A DNA stretch of 64,000 bases from Anthoceros angustus (Eukaryota > Plantae > Anthocerotophyta). This document shows positions 23,900-36,900 of the stretch, piece by piece. The stretch is from assembly GCA_010909165.1 (NCBI GenBank), contig MU008180.1:619884-683883 (forward strand), read 5' to 3'. Numbering within the stretch: the stretch's first letter is position 1; each line of letters starts with the position of its first letter. The notes under the pieces were generated by a model. The model saw only the letters and a list, made by a program, of their open reading frames with translations, was not told the origin of the DNA and did not search any database. The position numbers and the translations under genes were made by a program.

Positions 23900-25001
23900 A
23901 TGGCTGTCCTGGAAGCAGCCTGCCAGGCCCCGGTGGTGGAAAGCCTGGAGAAGGCGGATGCGGAGAAAGTACTCCTGGCCGGCTCATTGCAGGGGGGGAG
24001 GGAGAAGGCGGCCGCCACGTCTGTGGTGATCTGCGGGCCCTCGGGCGTGGGCAAGGGCACGCTCATCAACAAGCTGATGAAGGAATTTCCGGAAAGCTTC
24101 GGATTTGCGGTCAGTCACACCACCAGGATGCCCAGGCAGGGGGAGAAGGACTCGGTGCACTACCATTTCACCACGCGCAGCGTGATGGAGGCAGACATTC
24201 GGGAGGCCAGGTTTCTTGAGTCCGCGGACGTGCACGGCAACCTCTATGGCACCAGCATCGCGGCGGTTGACGCTGTGGCGCGCGCGGGCAAGGTAGGACG
24301 GGTGCTGGTTTGGGACCTTGTGTCGGTCCTGGGCCTTGGCGTCTTGCCAACCGGACTTGTCTGTGTGGTGCTGCAGAGATGCCTGCTGGACATCGATGTC
24401 CAGGGAGCGCAGCAGGTGAAGAAGAGCCAGGTTGGGCCCAGCTCTCTGTTCATCTTCGTGGCTCCTCCCTCGTTCCAAGAGCTGGAGAGGCGATTGCGGG
24501 GGAGGTGAGTTGCTGCGTTGCTTTTTTGGTTTCTTGTTGTTGTTGGTGGAGCATCCGTTACTTAGCCTCCTCTGTCGCACGTCGCAGAGGGACCGAGAAA
24601 GAGGAACAGATTCAGAAGAGGCTCAAGAATGCCAAGGCTGAGCTGGAGCAAGGGAAGAACGCTTCCCTCTTCGATCATGTCCTAGTTAACGATAACATTG
24701 AGGAAGCCTACAGCTCGCTAAAGGTGTGCAACGTTCTTCTCCTCTTGTGCCTTTGTTTCTGTGTGCCACCAGACCGGGGGGTCACTTTTATCTCCTGCAA
24801 CCTAATTTGTGTCATGCACGGTTGCAGAGGATTCTTGGGTTCGAAAGCATTCCTGCCGCTGCCCCTGCCCCTGCCCCTGCCCCTGCCCCTTTTGCATACC
24901 AGAATGGTTCATCATGTGAAAATGGCTCGGCCCATGAGAAGGATGCAGCCCATCAAAATGGCGCAGTCCATGCACACGGCTCAGCCCACGACAATCTGTG
25001 A
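23900..25001 (+). CDS. Guanylate kinase, 4 exons
   Basis: P-loop [14 protein letters not shown], [20 protein letters not shown], [42 protein letters not shown] and [12 protein letters not shown]. Confidence 0.95.
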
Positions 25002-26016
25002 ATGGCTTTGTGCTGACTGTCGTTTTATGGGCCAGGTGCTCATGCTGAATGCCTGCTAGCAGCTCTCCCCAGTAGAATAGCTCTTAGTAGTATAGTAAGG
25101 TAAGCTGTGCCAGTGCCAGTTCGTGGTGACAGTCATGCTCCACGATGTGTAGCTCCTAGCCAATTCAATTCTTGGAACCACGAATGACGAGCCTGGAGTC
25201 CAGAATGGGACGTAGAAGGGCTGTCTTCGTCGGTTCTGTGATGCCTACCACATTTTGTGGATACGGACCCGGTCCCGGTGAAGGAAAGGTGGTTCATACT
25301 CAGTCGGAAGGATGTACAGTCTTTCATTCCTAGATCTGGAAGCCTGTCTTTGACCTGACTTATGGTGTGACACTCACTCACACTGCTTGCTTGTTGCGAG
25401 CAAAGGAGACCAAGTGCGACAGCTCTTCTGGACAAATCTAGCGTGTGTCGGCAGGAAGCTGATCCCACTTCAATTGGGTTGTGCTGTGGTCTGCCGAATC
25501 CTGGGCGAAGCAGTGCGTGGTCCATGAAGTCTCCTTCCATGTCTTTCAACTGCTTGAGGGGTCATGGTCTATGGGTCATGGTCCGTAGATGAGACACGCT
25601 TCTCAATGAGGGGCAGGTGGCCGTGCGGTGAGCATCACAAGATACATACATACTACACAGTAGGCGTGGTCAAACACGAGGGCTGTGTGTGAGAGACTAC
25701 GGCAGCAAACCACGACCACTATGGTGACGTTGTGACACGACTGTTTTCACTTACCGTCTGCTCAAGATACGGCCGGCATGACCGCCTGCCATCCCCAGTT
25801 AAGGCTTTACTGTGATGGATTGTGCAGCCTCGGCCTTCACGAGCCGGCGGCCAAGTGTCCATTGCCTTGTACAGTACGTACGCTGGATATGAGCGCTGCC
25901 GTGCAGCATTTTGAATTTTCGCATTGCGCGGTCACAGAAAAGTCGAGCAGCAGCAGCAGCCCAGCCCGCTTGCCGAATGCGGCAGCTTGTTCACAGTTTG
26001 TGAGGACTACCGAGAT

Positions 26017-27465
26017 ATGCCTGGGGCTCTTGCCTACCTCTTGGGAACGCCAGGTCCTAGCGGCTTCGGCTCCAAAACAACGTCCCTGGAAGTGACGGCC
26101 AACCTCAACCTCAAGAACAGAACTGCGATCGTGACCGGTAACCATCTGGATTCCGTATGCTCCCAGTGCAGAGTAGCTGAGAAGAGCGCGTGTCTGCTTA
26201 CTTCCTTGCTTCACTTCCTTGCCTTGCCGTTGCCCTTGGGACAACCATCGAAGGAAGCAGCAATGGAATCGGCAAAGAGGTTGCACGAGCACTCGCCTTC
26301 CGTGGCGCTCAGGTCATCATGGCAGTCAGAAACACCAGGCTGGGAGAGGAGGTGAAGAAGCAAATTCTGCAAGAGTACCCCCAAGCGCAGGTGGAGGTGC
26401 TAGGGCTGGATCTGGCATCGCTCTCCTCCATCCGGAAATTCGCCAAAAACCTCAAGTTCAGGAACCTGCCTCTCAACGTCCTCATGTGAGTGAGTCCCCG
26501 AAACTCAGCTACGCCCTTGCCTCTTTGCCTCTGCCTTCCTTTTCCTTGCCAAGCTGCTTTGCTCTTAGATCTTTTTGTTGCACCTTGGAGTTACAGCAAC
26601 AATGCAGCCAGCATCAGCAGCGACTACCAGCAGTCGGAAGACGGCATGGAACTGAGCTTCGCCACAAACCATACGGGTAATCCCTCTCACCACTCTTGAT
26701 CAAAATCATGGCATCATACCGCCGAGTGCGTTGCAGACGGCATTAGCGGAGCAGCAGCAGCAGTAGCCTCCTGACCTAGCCGGACCTGCAGGCCATTTCC
26801 TGCTCACAAACCTTCTGCTGGAGAACCTCATAGCCACGGCCAACCAGACCGGAGTGGAAGGCAGGATTGTGAACGTGACCGCATCCGCTCACGCTCATTC
26901 CAAGAACATCTACCTCGACTCCATCAACGACCCCCGGAGGTGACTAACTGCACCCCTCCAGCATTTCAGTTCCTCCCTACTTGCCACTTGCCATACAGAT
27001 GGTCACCTCTTCCATGACATCGTGTGTGTGATGCAAAATGCAACATGATGCAGCTTCTCGTCGTACCGCTGCTACACGGATTCCAAGCTGGCCAACATCC
27101 TGCACATGGTGGAGCTGAACCGCAGGCTCATGGAGAAGGGCGCCAAGGTGACAGTGAACTGCGTGCACCCGGGGCTGGTGAAGACAAACCTGTGCAAGAA
27201 AATGAACGTCCTGGCTCTGAAGCTGGCCCTGTCCGTGGGCAAGCAATTCCTCAAGTCCCCCCCGCAGGGCGCAGCCACCATCTGCTACGTGGCCGCGCAC
27301 CCGGACGTGAGCGGCATCTCCGGCAAGTATTGGGACGACTGCAATCAGGCGCTGCCGTCGCCCGAGGCCCAGGACGCGCAGCTGGCTTCCCGCCTCTGGA
27401 CGTTCAGCGAGCAGCACACCGCCTTCAGCCAGGACAGATACAAATTGTACAAAACTGGATGCTGA
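26017..27465 (+). CDS. Short-chain dehydrogenase/reductase (TIC32 / retinol dehydrogenase-like), 5 exons
   Basis: SGFGSKTT, TAIVTG|SSNGIG, LDLASLSSIR, NNA, GRIVNV, catalytic YTDSK and VHPG. Confidence 0.92.
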
Positions 27466-27877
27466 CGGAATCGCCGCTAATACAAATTTCTCTAACTGGA
27501 ATGCAAACCTTTTACACCACACACACCACTCTCCTGCCTATTCCGTGCATGGAATGGGGTGCGATGGATGGCAAGATTCCAAATTGCCATTCCAAATTTC
27601 CAATTACAGGCGTGGCGCCCCATGATTGCACCACCGCCGGCAACCACCTACCATCCATCAATGCTCCCGCCCCAGGCATCCATCAAGGATCCGTCCGGAC
27701 ATCTGTTGCCTGGTCCTCGCTTCCAGCGTTGCAAGAAGCGGACATTCCTGTTTGGGTTTTTTTCACCATCCCAGCTTCTTTGGCACTGTTGCCTTGTATC
27801 TGTGTCCTCCTTGTTCTTGGGGTCTGTGCTTTTCTTCCTCTTGTAGCCACTGGCCTGCGATCTGTGGTCCAGCCGTC

Positions 27878-30800
27878 ATGAGAAGGCGGGGGACCAAGGA
27901 GGATGGGCCTCATGGCACACACCCAGAAGCGGAGGCAGAGGGAGAGGGAAATTCAGGCAAGCACGATGCTGCTGCCAGGTTGAAAAGGCAGGTGAAGGGT
28001 GCGCAGCTTTCTGCTGGCCGAGCTCCATCCTTTTATTCCTCTGTTGGGGGGCTTCTCTTCCTTGCACTGCTCTATGTGCCGGTTATTTATCTAGCGAAGA
28101 AGGCGATGTATCAAGAGCTGGTGACTCCCTTGCCGCAAAATGTCTCGTTAGACCGAATTTCCGAAGGCCGGACGATGGACCATGTCCACTACTTGGCCAC
28201 TGATATTGGCATCCGCCAGGTAGGCAGGCCTCGGCCTCGGCCTTGGGATTGTCATTGTCAGTTGTGTCGTCTACTTTGCTTCTTTCAGTTCTCAAATGTG
28301 TTGCTGCACCAAGGAAGGGAGCAAGGGCGTGTCAAAGGCAGCCAAATATTTAAGAGCACAATTGGAGGAATTGCAATCCAGAGCAAGCCCAGATGTTCGG
28401 TACGTGTGGATTCCTTTCTGGGATTTCCAGCTGGGACGACATCCTCTTTCCTGAGCTCAGATTATGACTTCTTGAGCAGGGTGGAGATCGATGAGCTTGT
28501 GGTCAGTGGCTCTTTCAACATGATATTCTTGCGGCACAGCATTTCTAATACGTACAGAGATCACTTCAACTTATTTATGAGGTTAGTGCAAAGGCTTTCA
28601 CAGAGGATTTCAGAGGACGCATGATGTCGATCGCTCGCTTATGGCCCAGGTTTTGACAGGGTGTCGTCAAAGGAGCACAGCGAAGACGCTCCCTCTGTGC
28701 TGGTTAATGGTCACTTTGATGGGCCGCTAGGATCGCCAGCAGCTGCTGACTGTGCCACCTGTGTAGGTATGTCGCATTCTCTTAGAAGCCTTTGCTGCTT
28801 GCGTACGTGGATAACGAAACCAACAAAACTGCTGGCATCTGTTGTTAAGGGTTTCAGACTATGCCCATGTTCCCTTCTCGATGTGTAAAACAGGTTCCAT
28901 GTTAGAGGTCGCTCGCTACATCATTGATACCAATTGGGTGCCACCAGCGCCAATCATCTTTCTCTTCAATGGGGCAGAAGAGGTCTACATGTTGGTTAGT
29001 ACCGCATCAAACACATTAGCCTTTCACTTCTCTATGGAGGTTTGAAGATTTGGTCTCTAGGCTTGTTATAGTGACACATTGTGGCATTCTGAGCTCCTTT
29101 CCGTGCTGTGGCATATGTCCTTGTCAGGCTGCCCATGGATTTGTGCAGAACTACAAGCTGTGGGCATCTATTGGTGCTGTTATAAATGTCGAGGCCTCTG
29201 GTGCCAGTGGTCCTGGTAATGCTCATACATCACTCGCCACCATTCCTGCTTACATTGTTCGATTTTGTCTTCTGTTTCACAAAGATGTGACTGTGGCTCA
29301 GCGTTTTCTGTAAACTCTGTAATCACGCAAGCCTGAAGTCTGTGGCAGATCTTGTGGTTCAGTCTGGCCCTGGAGCGTGGCCCTCACGTGTTTATGCTGA
29401 GTCTGCTGTCTTCCCTATGGCAAACTCAGCTGCACAGGTTGGTATCTCGCATCTGGTGCAGGCTGCTATGAGTTGTTCCTTACTGAAGGCTGTGTGGTGT
29501 CAGGCCCTTGCAATACAGTGGGGATTAGCTTGTGTAAGGCTTTGATTTTTATTTGCAGATTGATTTTGCAGTTTAATGAAGGCACACTCTTTGTGTTTCA
29601 TGCAGGATGTCTTTCCTCTTATTCCTGGAGATACTGATTTCAGAATGTTTTCTCAAGACTTTGGAGACGTTCCTGGACTGGATATTATTTTTGTCTTGGA
29701 GGGATATGTTTATCATACTGGTTATGATACACCAGACAGGATTGTGTACGTGTTGAGTCTGAAGCATTGATTCCTTTCAAGGTTCAGGGGTTTGGCAAGT
29801 AACACGCTGAAATGATATTGGAACACACAGGCCAGGGAGCCTGCAAGCACGAGGAGAGAATCTATTTGCTCTGCTAAAAGGTTTTACCACTGCCCCAGAG
29901 CTTATGGGGGCTGCAGAGAGGGCCACCATCAAGGATGTATGGGCTGTTGAGACGCGTCCTGTCTACTTCGATGTGTTTGGACGTTTTATGGTAAAGCAAT
30001 GGTGCTTTTCATGGTTCCCTAGGAGGAGATTTCACAATCTACTTGTTGGTGCAATCATTCAGTTCTTTATTGGCTAACAAAGACAATCCTTACTTGTGTA
30101 GATCTATTACCCATATAAGGTGGCAGTTGTACTGCATCTGGTGCCTTTGATGGTTGTGCTTGCTGTCATCGTCTTCACAACCATAGATGAGCTTCCTGCA
30201 GTCTCTCAGCGGTTAGGATACATTTGGCAAGGTATGCTGCAGGCCATGAGCCTCTGAGCCTCTCAGGTGCAATCTTCAATTCAGTGGAATGTCTTTTGCT
30301 AATAAAGTTTGTATCTCTGTGCAGGAGTCGTCTTGCACGTCTCAGGGGCGGTTCTTGCTGTGATTTTGCCGGTGGGACTGGCGATAGCACGGTTGTCTAC
30401 ATCTAGCAGAGCAATGACATGGTAATGACCCTCTCTCTTGTTTGTGTCTGTGATTTTGGACCTGACATAAACAGACTGCAGTTGCCAAGTTGCTTTCAGC
30501 TGGTCACATTAGATGATGGCTTCAGAGCAGTAGGTGTCTGAAATCCGTCGTGCAATCGAAGTTTGGAGATTCACCCAGTGGTACTTGCAAGATTTCAGGT
30601 TTGCACAGCCATGGATGGCGATTCTTATGTTTGGACCCATATCTATCGCTGGTCTGTTGATTCCAAAGGCTGCACTGAATGCAGGGATTAGAAAACCAAC
30701 CATTGGGCAGGTTCAAACATCTACCTGCTATTCATGAGATTGTTGTATTTCATTCGTCCATCCCCTTTTCATCTCTCTGCTTTTTCACACCTCATTTGAC

Positions 30801-32981
30801 AAACGAATCCAGGAGGCACTGAATTGGTCGAACCACTGGGCTGCAGTGGGAGTCAATGCGCTTGTGGCAGCTGTGGGTTCCTGTCCTTATTGAATCCTCG
30901 TTTAATTTATTTATTTCTTGATATTTCACAGTGAAAACCTGCATTTAGCATCTTGAATTTGAAGTTTCCAAGCTACAGAAGCATTCAAACCTCCATTGAC
31001 AGCATTTTGTGGAGCAGGTGTTCACTCTACAGGGACTTGGGAGTGGATTCTTGCCATTTTGGTGGGCTGCTTTTATGATCCCAGCTCTTGCACTCTTCCG
31101 GAAGTTCCAGCGTTTGTTTGGTGAGCATTCTATTGTGTAAGTCTCAGCCTGGCTTCTATTGAAGTGATCATGAGTGTACTGCCGTGCAAGTCCCTGGTAT
31201 CTGATATTTTGCTCAATTTGTCAGGTCGATGTTGGGTTACATCGTTCCTGCAGCATTACCCACAGCATACTCTGTTCAGTTTGGTGGAGTGTTCATCATT
31301 TTCATTGCCGAGAAGATGGGCATGAGTGGCACCTTCCCAAAACCTTTTGGTATAGAAGATAGAGGGCCTAAACTCTCTTACAATGTTGTGTCCTTTTGGT
31401 TTGGAGCTCAAGTAATTTCGCATAAAACACTTTGATGTTTTACTGTAGGCATCTGGGTGGTGTTTGCAGGCTTCTATGTTGCAGACGTTATTCTTGCAAT
31501 AATAATTGGCACAATAATAGCCATCACCTTGGCACCTGTCATACCGATCGTAGGGAATTGGATTGCGAAACCTCACACGCTACGATTGCTGATATACATT
31601 AGCGTCGGAACTGCTGCTTTGTCGGGTGTGATGTTCCCTTACAGTGAACGGGCTCCAAAGCGTGTTGTTTTCCAACAAACTCTTCAGACTGAAGGTAAAT
31701 AAGTGGCTGAACTGAAGCAAAACGCCCGCATTTTGCTTCTGTTCTTTCATTTCATGCTTGTAGCTTACTTCCAAGGCTGCTTTTCTCTGCAGGGGCAGAG
31801 ATCATTCAGTCCACATACGATTTTGCAACAGTAGATCCGAATCCTATGTCATTTGTGTTTCTGCATTCTCCTAAAGTTGTCAGCAAACTTCAGCTCAATC
31901 TGCCCCTACCTGAGGAGAATGTGTACTTCGCGGACCCTGTTTCGTGGACGGTATGTTCCAAACTCCAAAACAGCACTTGTTGATTAGTGATAGCAGGTCA
32001 CTGGTCCTTGGTCCCGGCCTGAAGATTTCGATGTCCTCTGTACTGCAGGCATTGTTTCCCATATCAACGCTCTTCAATCGGGGCCCAAGGGTTTTGGCAC
32101 CAGTGGGAATACATGGAAGCCAAGGGAGAGCAGTTCCACAAATTCATGTCTTACGAGTTGAAAATGGCAGTGGACCTGGGGGCAGAAGGGTCCACATGGA
32201 GCTCGATTTAGGGTATGTTCTTTGATCTTGTTTGACACCGGTGGCCCTCCCTAGTACCACACGTAGCTTCAGAGTATGGCATATTCACTAAGCGCGGACG
32301 ATGGATGTCTGTCTGTATGCAGATCTTTGGAAGAGGTTTGGTCGACAGTTATGAACGTGACTGGGCCTCTTAGTACTTGGTCATTTGCAGATGGACATCT
32401 ACCTGGTAATTTGGACCCTGCTGTTGTATTCGATTGTTTTTACATTCTGTAGTCAAGATCTGACCTTTTTCCGACTGGTGCAGTGCCCGAATCCATCTTC
32501 GAAGGTCCTCCATCTTTTATGTGTCGTTTGACTGGTCGCAGAGCAAATGAAAATTGGCGATTCTGGTTTGAAGTAAGCTTGCTTCCTTGCTTCCTTGCTT
32601 CCTTGCTTCCTTGCTTCCTTGCTTCCTTGCTTCCTTGCTTCCTTGCTTCCTTGCTTCCTTGCTTCCTTGCTTCCTTGCTTCCTTGTTTCCTTGTTTCCTT
32701 GCTTCCTTGTTTCCTTGCTTCCTTGCTTCCTCGCTTCCTTGCTTCTTTCCTGCCTTGCTTCCTTGCTACTTTCCTTCCTTCCGTTTGAGAAGGCGCCTTG
32801 CCTGCCCTGCGGAAAATTTAATGCTCGATATCTCCAGACCAACGGGACGGAACCCCTACGCATCGAGCTTGGCGTGCTTGATCAGAAACTGGACCCAGAA
32901 GCTGAAGCCCTTGTACATCTCTTCCCTCCTTGGGCTGCAGTTACTGCGGGCACATCTTACGTTTCCTCTTACGTAGTTTAA
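27878..32981 (+). CDS. ERMP1: ER metallopeptidase 1-like (M28 family) multi-pass membrane protein, many exons
   Basis: SVLVNGHFDGPLGSPAAADC, PIIFLFNGAEE, INVEASG, IPGDTDFRMFS, GYVYHTGYDT, FPYSERAPKRVVFQQT and a terminal FPPWAAVTAGTSYVSSY. Confidence 0.9.
32578..32767. repeat. Intronic 8-bp microsatellite (CTTGCTTC)n, about 23 units
   Basis: Seen directly, right after the GTAAG donor at 32573 in the last ERMP1 intron. Confidence 0.97.
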
Positions 32982-33375
32982 TTACTCACGTTGTAAGGCG
33001 GGTAAAGTCAAGAGAAATGATATTACCGTATCATTAATGGAAAATGGCACCCGAGTTCACTTGTACGTGTGGTTAAGGGAGCCCTAAGCGTTCCGCTGAT
33101 CTCAATGAACAGCTGCTTACTCATACCGAGAGTAAGACACATTACGTCCCCTCGGCAGGGGATAACAGAGGATAACAGACAGCGCAACTTGATGAGCCTT
33201 ACAAGGGAAGCACCTGATGCACGGATTCGATATGTGTTTTGACGATCAAAAAGGCCTGCATCAACACCATCCAAACGACGAGGGATGAGACCAAAACTTG
33301 CAAGGAGTAGAAAGACAGAGCAAGACAGACGCCCTTGGCACTAGCACCTCGTCTGCACACAAGGCATTGGCGCAC

Positions 33376-33531
33376 CTACGTCTGCTTGGCGTAGGCTGAT
33401 GGAAGAGGTTGCCTTTTAGTCTTGAACATCATGTAGCCCACTGGTAACACCACACCCGCCATCATGATGACGGTCCCTAGCATGTAGCGGAAAGGGCCAG
33501 GTATCTCCACAGCCTCAAGGAGATGGCGGAC
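33376..33531 (-). CDS. Terminal exon of a small single-pass TM protein missed by the ORF track
   Basis: After a CAG acceptor (33534-33532) the frame reads VRHLLEAVEIPGPFRYMLGTVIMMAGVVLPVGYMMFKTKRQPLPSAYAKQT*. It resembles, from memory only, short plant proteins ending GVVLPVGYMMFRNKRVP..SSYSKQT. The first exon is not resolved. Confidence 0.65.
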   Translation of the reverse strand, partial: VRHLLEAVEIPGPFRYMLGTVIMMAGVVLPVGYMMFKTKRQPLPSAYAKQT

Positions 33532-33951
33532 CTGCCTCGTGCCAGACAGGAGTGCAAGAACACTGTTAAGCTCGGGAAGCGTCTAGCAGTCGCGTGCACA
33601 AAGTAGCCAGGCCACAGAAAATCAGCTGCACTGCGCAAAAGATATGCTCTTCCCGTGCACCCTAATTGTTGTACATACATGACAAGCGCCACAGAAATTC
33701 TAAGTCTCCAGAGCGAGGGCGAACAAATTGAAAGCTGCCGGTTAGCAGGAAGGAAAGGAAGCATCATCCAAGCATGGCAAGTCAGGGCCAGGCAAGAGCT
33801 CACCGGCATGGCGCACACCAGCAAGTCTCGGAAGAAAGAAGAAACGCTGTTCTCTACGGTAGTGATGTGGTTTTAGGTCTCCTTTAACAGGTCTGTGTAG
33901 ATGTGTGGATTTGAAGGCCGAGCAGGCCAGTGCTACGACAGCCGCTAAGCT

Positions 33952-36900
33952 ATGTCCGCCGTTGCATTCGCCCCGCGTCCGCTTGCAGCGGCGGCAACAT
34001 CGTCCTCCTCAGCTCCTACTCCTCCTGGCCGATCCTTCTCCTACGAACGGGCGTCCCCCTCTCTGCGCTGGCCTGACGGGGACGCGGATGCCCCGCTCAG
34101 CACGCGCCGTAATGGCGGTCTCGTCACCCCCAGTCCAACAACTCAGGATGTCTCAGAGCAGGATGGCCATGGTGACGAGCAATCCGGATTCGTCTTCACC
34201 GAAGACTACATGCGCAACAGCAGGCTCGATGGCAAGCGGTATCGCTCCAGAAAAGCTGTGGCCAGGTTAGAAGCACCCAGTCCCCGGGTCATGTCCAAGA
34301 TTGCCTTGATCAAAGCCAAGGACTGGAAGAGCAGGGTGGCGCGTCTCACCGACGCCATCCTCTCTCTGGATGCAGCGGTTTTCGTCGCGGACATTTTGGA
34401 CGCTTGGACTGAGCAGCTCCATCCCACGGACCTGTGCTTTGTCGTGAAGATTGTGGGCCAAACCAACTGGCAGCGGGCTCTGGAAGTCTACGAGTGGCTC
34501 AATTTGCGCCGCTGGTACTCTCCCAACACGCGGATGCTTGCCACCATCATAGGTGTGTTGGGCAGAGCAAAGCAGGTTGCCATGGCAGATGAGCTGTACG
34601 AACGAGCGCAGCCTGAGATTGGGGACTGCGTGCAAGTCTACAATTCCATCATGAGCGCGCACGCCCGTCAGGGCGGGTGGCAAAGGGTTGAGCACATTTT
34701 TCGGCAGATGCAGCAAAGCCAGGTGCAACCTGATTTGATCACCTTCAATATACGGGCGAATGCGCAGACCAAAGCTGGTCTGCAGCGTGGGCACGCCGTG
34801 CATCTGTTGCACGACATCCGAGCTGCTGGGCTTCGACCAGACATTGTCACGTATAACACGCTCATAAGTGCGTGCACTAACAACAGCTGCTGGGAAGATG
34901 CCTTGGAGGTGTTCCGAGAGATGAGGCAGCACAGATGTGATCCGGACATTTGGACCTACAATGCTCTCATTACCGTCTTTGGCAGGGCAGGCATGGTGGA
35001 TTTGGCGGAGGAGTACTATCAAAGCATGCAGGCTAGCGGCTTACTTCCGGACGCTGTTACTTACAATGCTATGCTATCTGCGTTTGCCCGGAGTGGAAGG
35101 GTGGAGGATGTTGATGACATCCGAGTTCAGATGTGGAAAGCCAGGTGCAACGAAGATGAAATCACTTTCAACACTCTGATGCACATGTATGGGAAGTTGG
35201 GTCTGCCTGACAAGGCTGTGGAGGTTTACGACGAAATGAAAGGCCGTCAATGTCGTCCGGATGCAGTCACGTTTAGTATCCTCATCGACGTGCTTGGTAA
35301 AGCCGGCCTGATTGCAGATGCGGAACGTGTGTTCCAGGAGATGGGGGAGGCGCAAATTTGGCCGACGCTGCAGACATTTACTGCACTTATCTGTGCCTAT
35401 GCCAAAGCAGGCTTGCTGGGGCATGCAGAGAGGACGTACGACTCCATGTCAAAGTCAGGGATTGTTGCTGATGAGCTTGCCAACTCGGTGATGGTGGATG
35501 TGTTTTACAGAGCTGGACTGTCTTGGAGAGCGATATCAGCCTACCAGAATCTCTTGTCCTTAGGTGTGAGACCTGCCTTGCATACCTGTTCGATTATGCT
35601 GTCTGTGTATGCCAAGGAAGGCATGCAAAAAGAACTTAGAGAGTTGATGGGAAAAATGCAGCAACTGGGGTTTGAAGCAGCGTCTCTGTGTTCCAGCTTT
35701 GCAAAGGCTGGCCTGTGGGAGGCAGCATCATCAGCACTGGAAGTTTGCGTCAAGAATGGGCAGCCTATTGATAGGGAGACAATGGGGCTGGTGCTTGATT
35801 CATATGCCTCGAAGAACAAGTGCGATGAAGCATGCTCCTTTGTTCATTCTGTCAGTAAGTCTGGGCTGCAACCTGAAGTTACCTGGCTACGAGAAGCTTT
35901 GATATTAATGCTCGCAAGGGCAGAGAAACTAGACAAAGCAATGATAGAATTTAACAGGTTTGTGGACGATGGGCATAAAGCAACAACAGCGATGTACAGG
36001 GCTTTGATTGTTTCCTCGGAGAAAGCTGATATGCCAGATGAGGCTGTTCAACTGTTCGAAAGCATGCCGTCAGCAGAAGTTGAGCCTGATGAACGGTGCT
36101 GCAAGAGCGCTATCCAATCTTACTGCAATCTAGGACTTCCGAATCGGGCTTATGAGCTACAGCAAAAATCAAGACCCGCATTCGAAGGGCTGGGTGACTC
36201 CAGTGTGTACGTAACAATAATTGAGGCATTTGGCAAGCAACAGCGTTGGGAAGCAGCTGAAAAGTGCTTTGACGAACTACACAAGGATAACTTGCGCATT
36301 TGCACCAAAGCTTTGAATGCCCTCCTCTTTGCGTATGCAGAGTCTGGCCAATATGATCGCTTGCGGAAGACTTTCAATTCCATGACTGCGGAGGGTGTTA
36401 CAACTTCAGATATCTCCTCTAGTGCTGTGTTGAATGCACTGACCCCGGATGGTGTATCTGAAGAGCCCCATGAGCAGGCTCACGTTTTAGAGCAGCAGTC
36501 TCAAGTTGTGGAGCAGCTCGGATTTGTTCCCAACAGAAGGACCTTTCTGGTTATGCTGAATGCGTTGTCAAAAGAAGGTAATGTGCTGGAAGCCAAGAAA
36601 GTCTACTTGGAAATGAAGCAGGCAGGGTTTGTTCCACAACAGCAGGTGTACGCGATTTTGGTGGGGCTGTTTGCCAAGGTCGGCAGTGTAGAAGATGCTG
36701 AAAACATTATGAAGGACATGGAAGAGGCCGGATGTGCACCTGATGTTATTGTCAATAATGCCATGATTGGCCTATATGGTAAGTTGGGCGACTACAAAAA
36801 GGCCTCAGAGGTATTCAAGAATATGCTGATTTCAGATTGCACTCCTGATGTCGTTACCTACAACACTCTCATTCACCTGTACAGTAGGCACCAAATGGTG

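Noticed and set aside
25133-25549. 138-aa minus-strand ORF between GK and SDR
   Set aside because: No motif, codon or splice support, and it starts at TTG. At most an orphan ORF.
32453-32981. Repetitive ORFs (LLPCFLAS / KEARKQGS)
   Set aside because: Translations of the intronic 8-bp microsatellite. Only the end of ORF 32595 is the real ERMP1 last exon.
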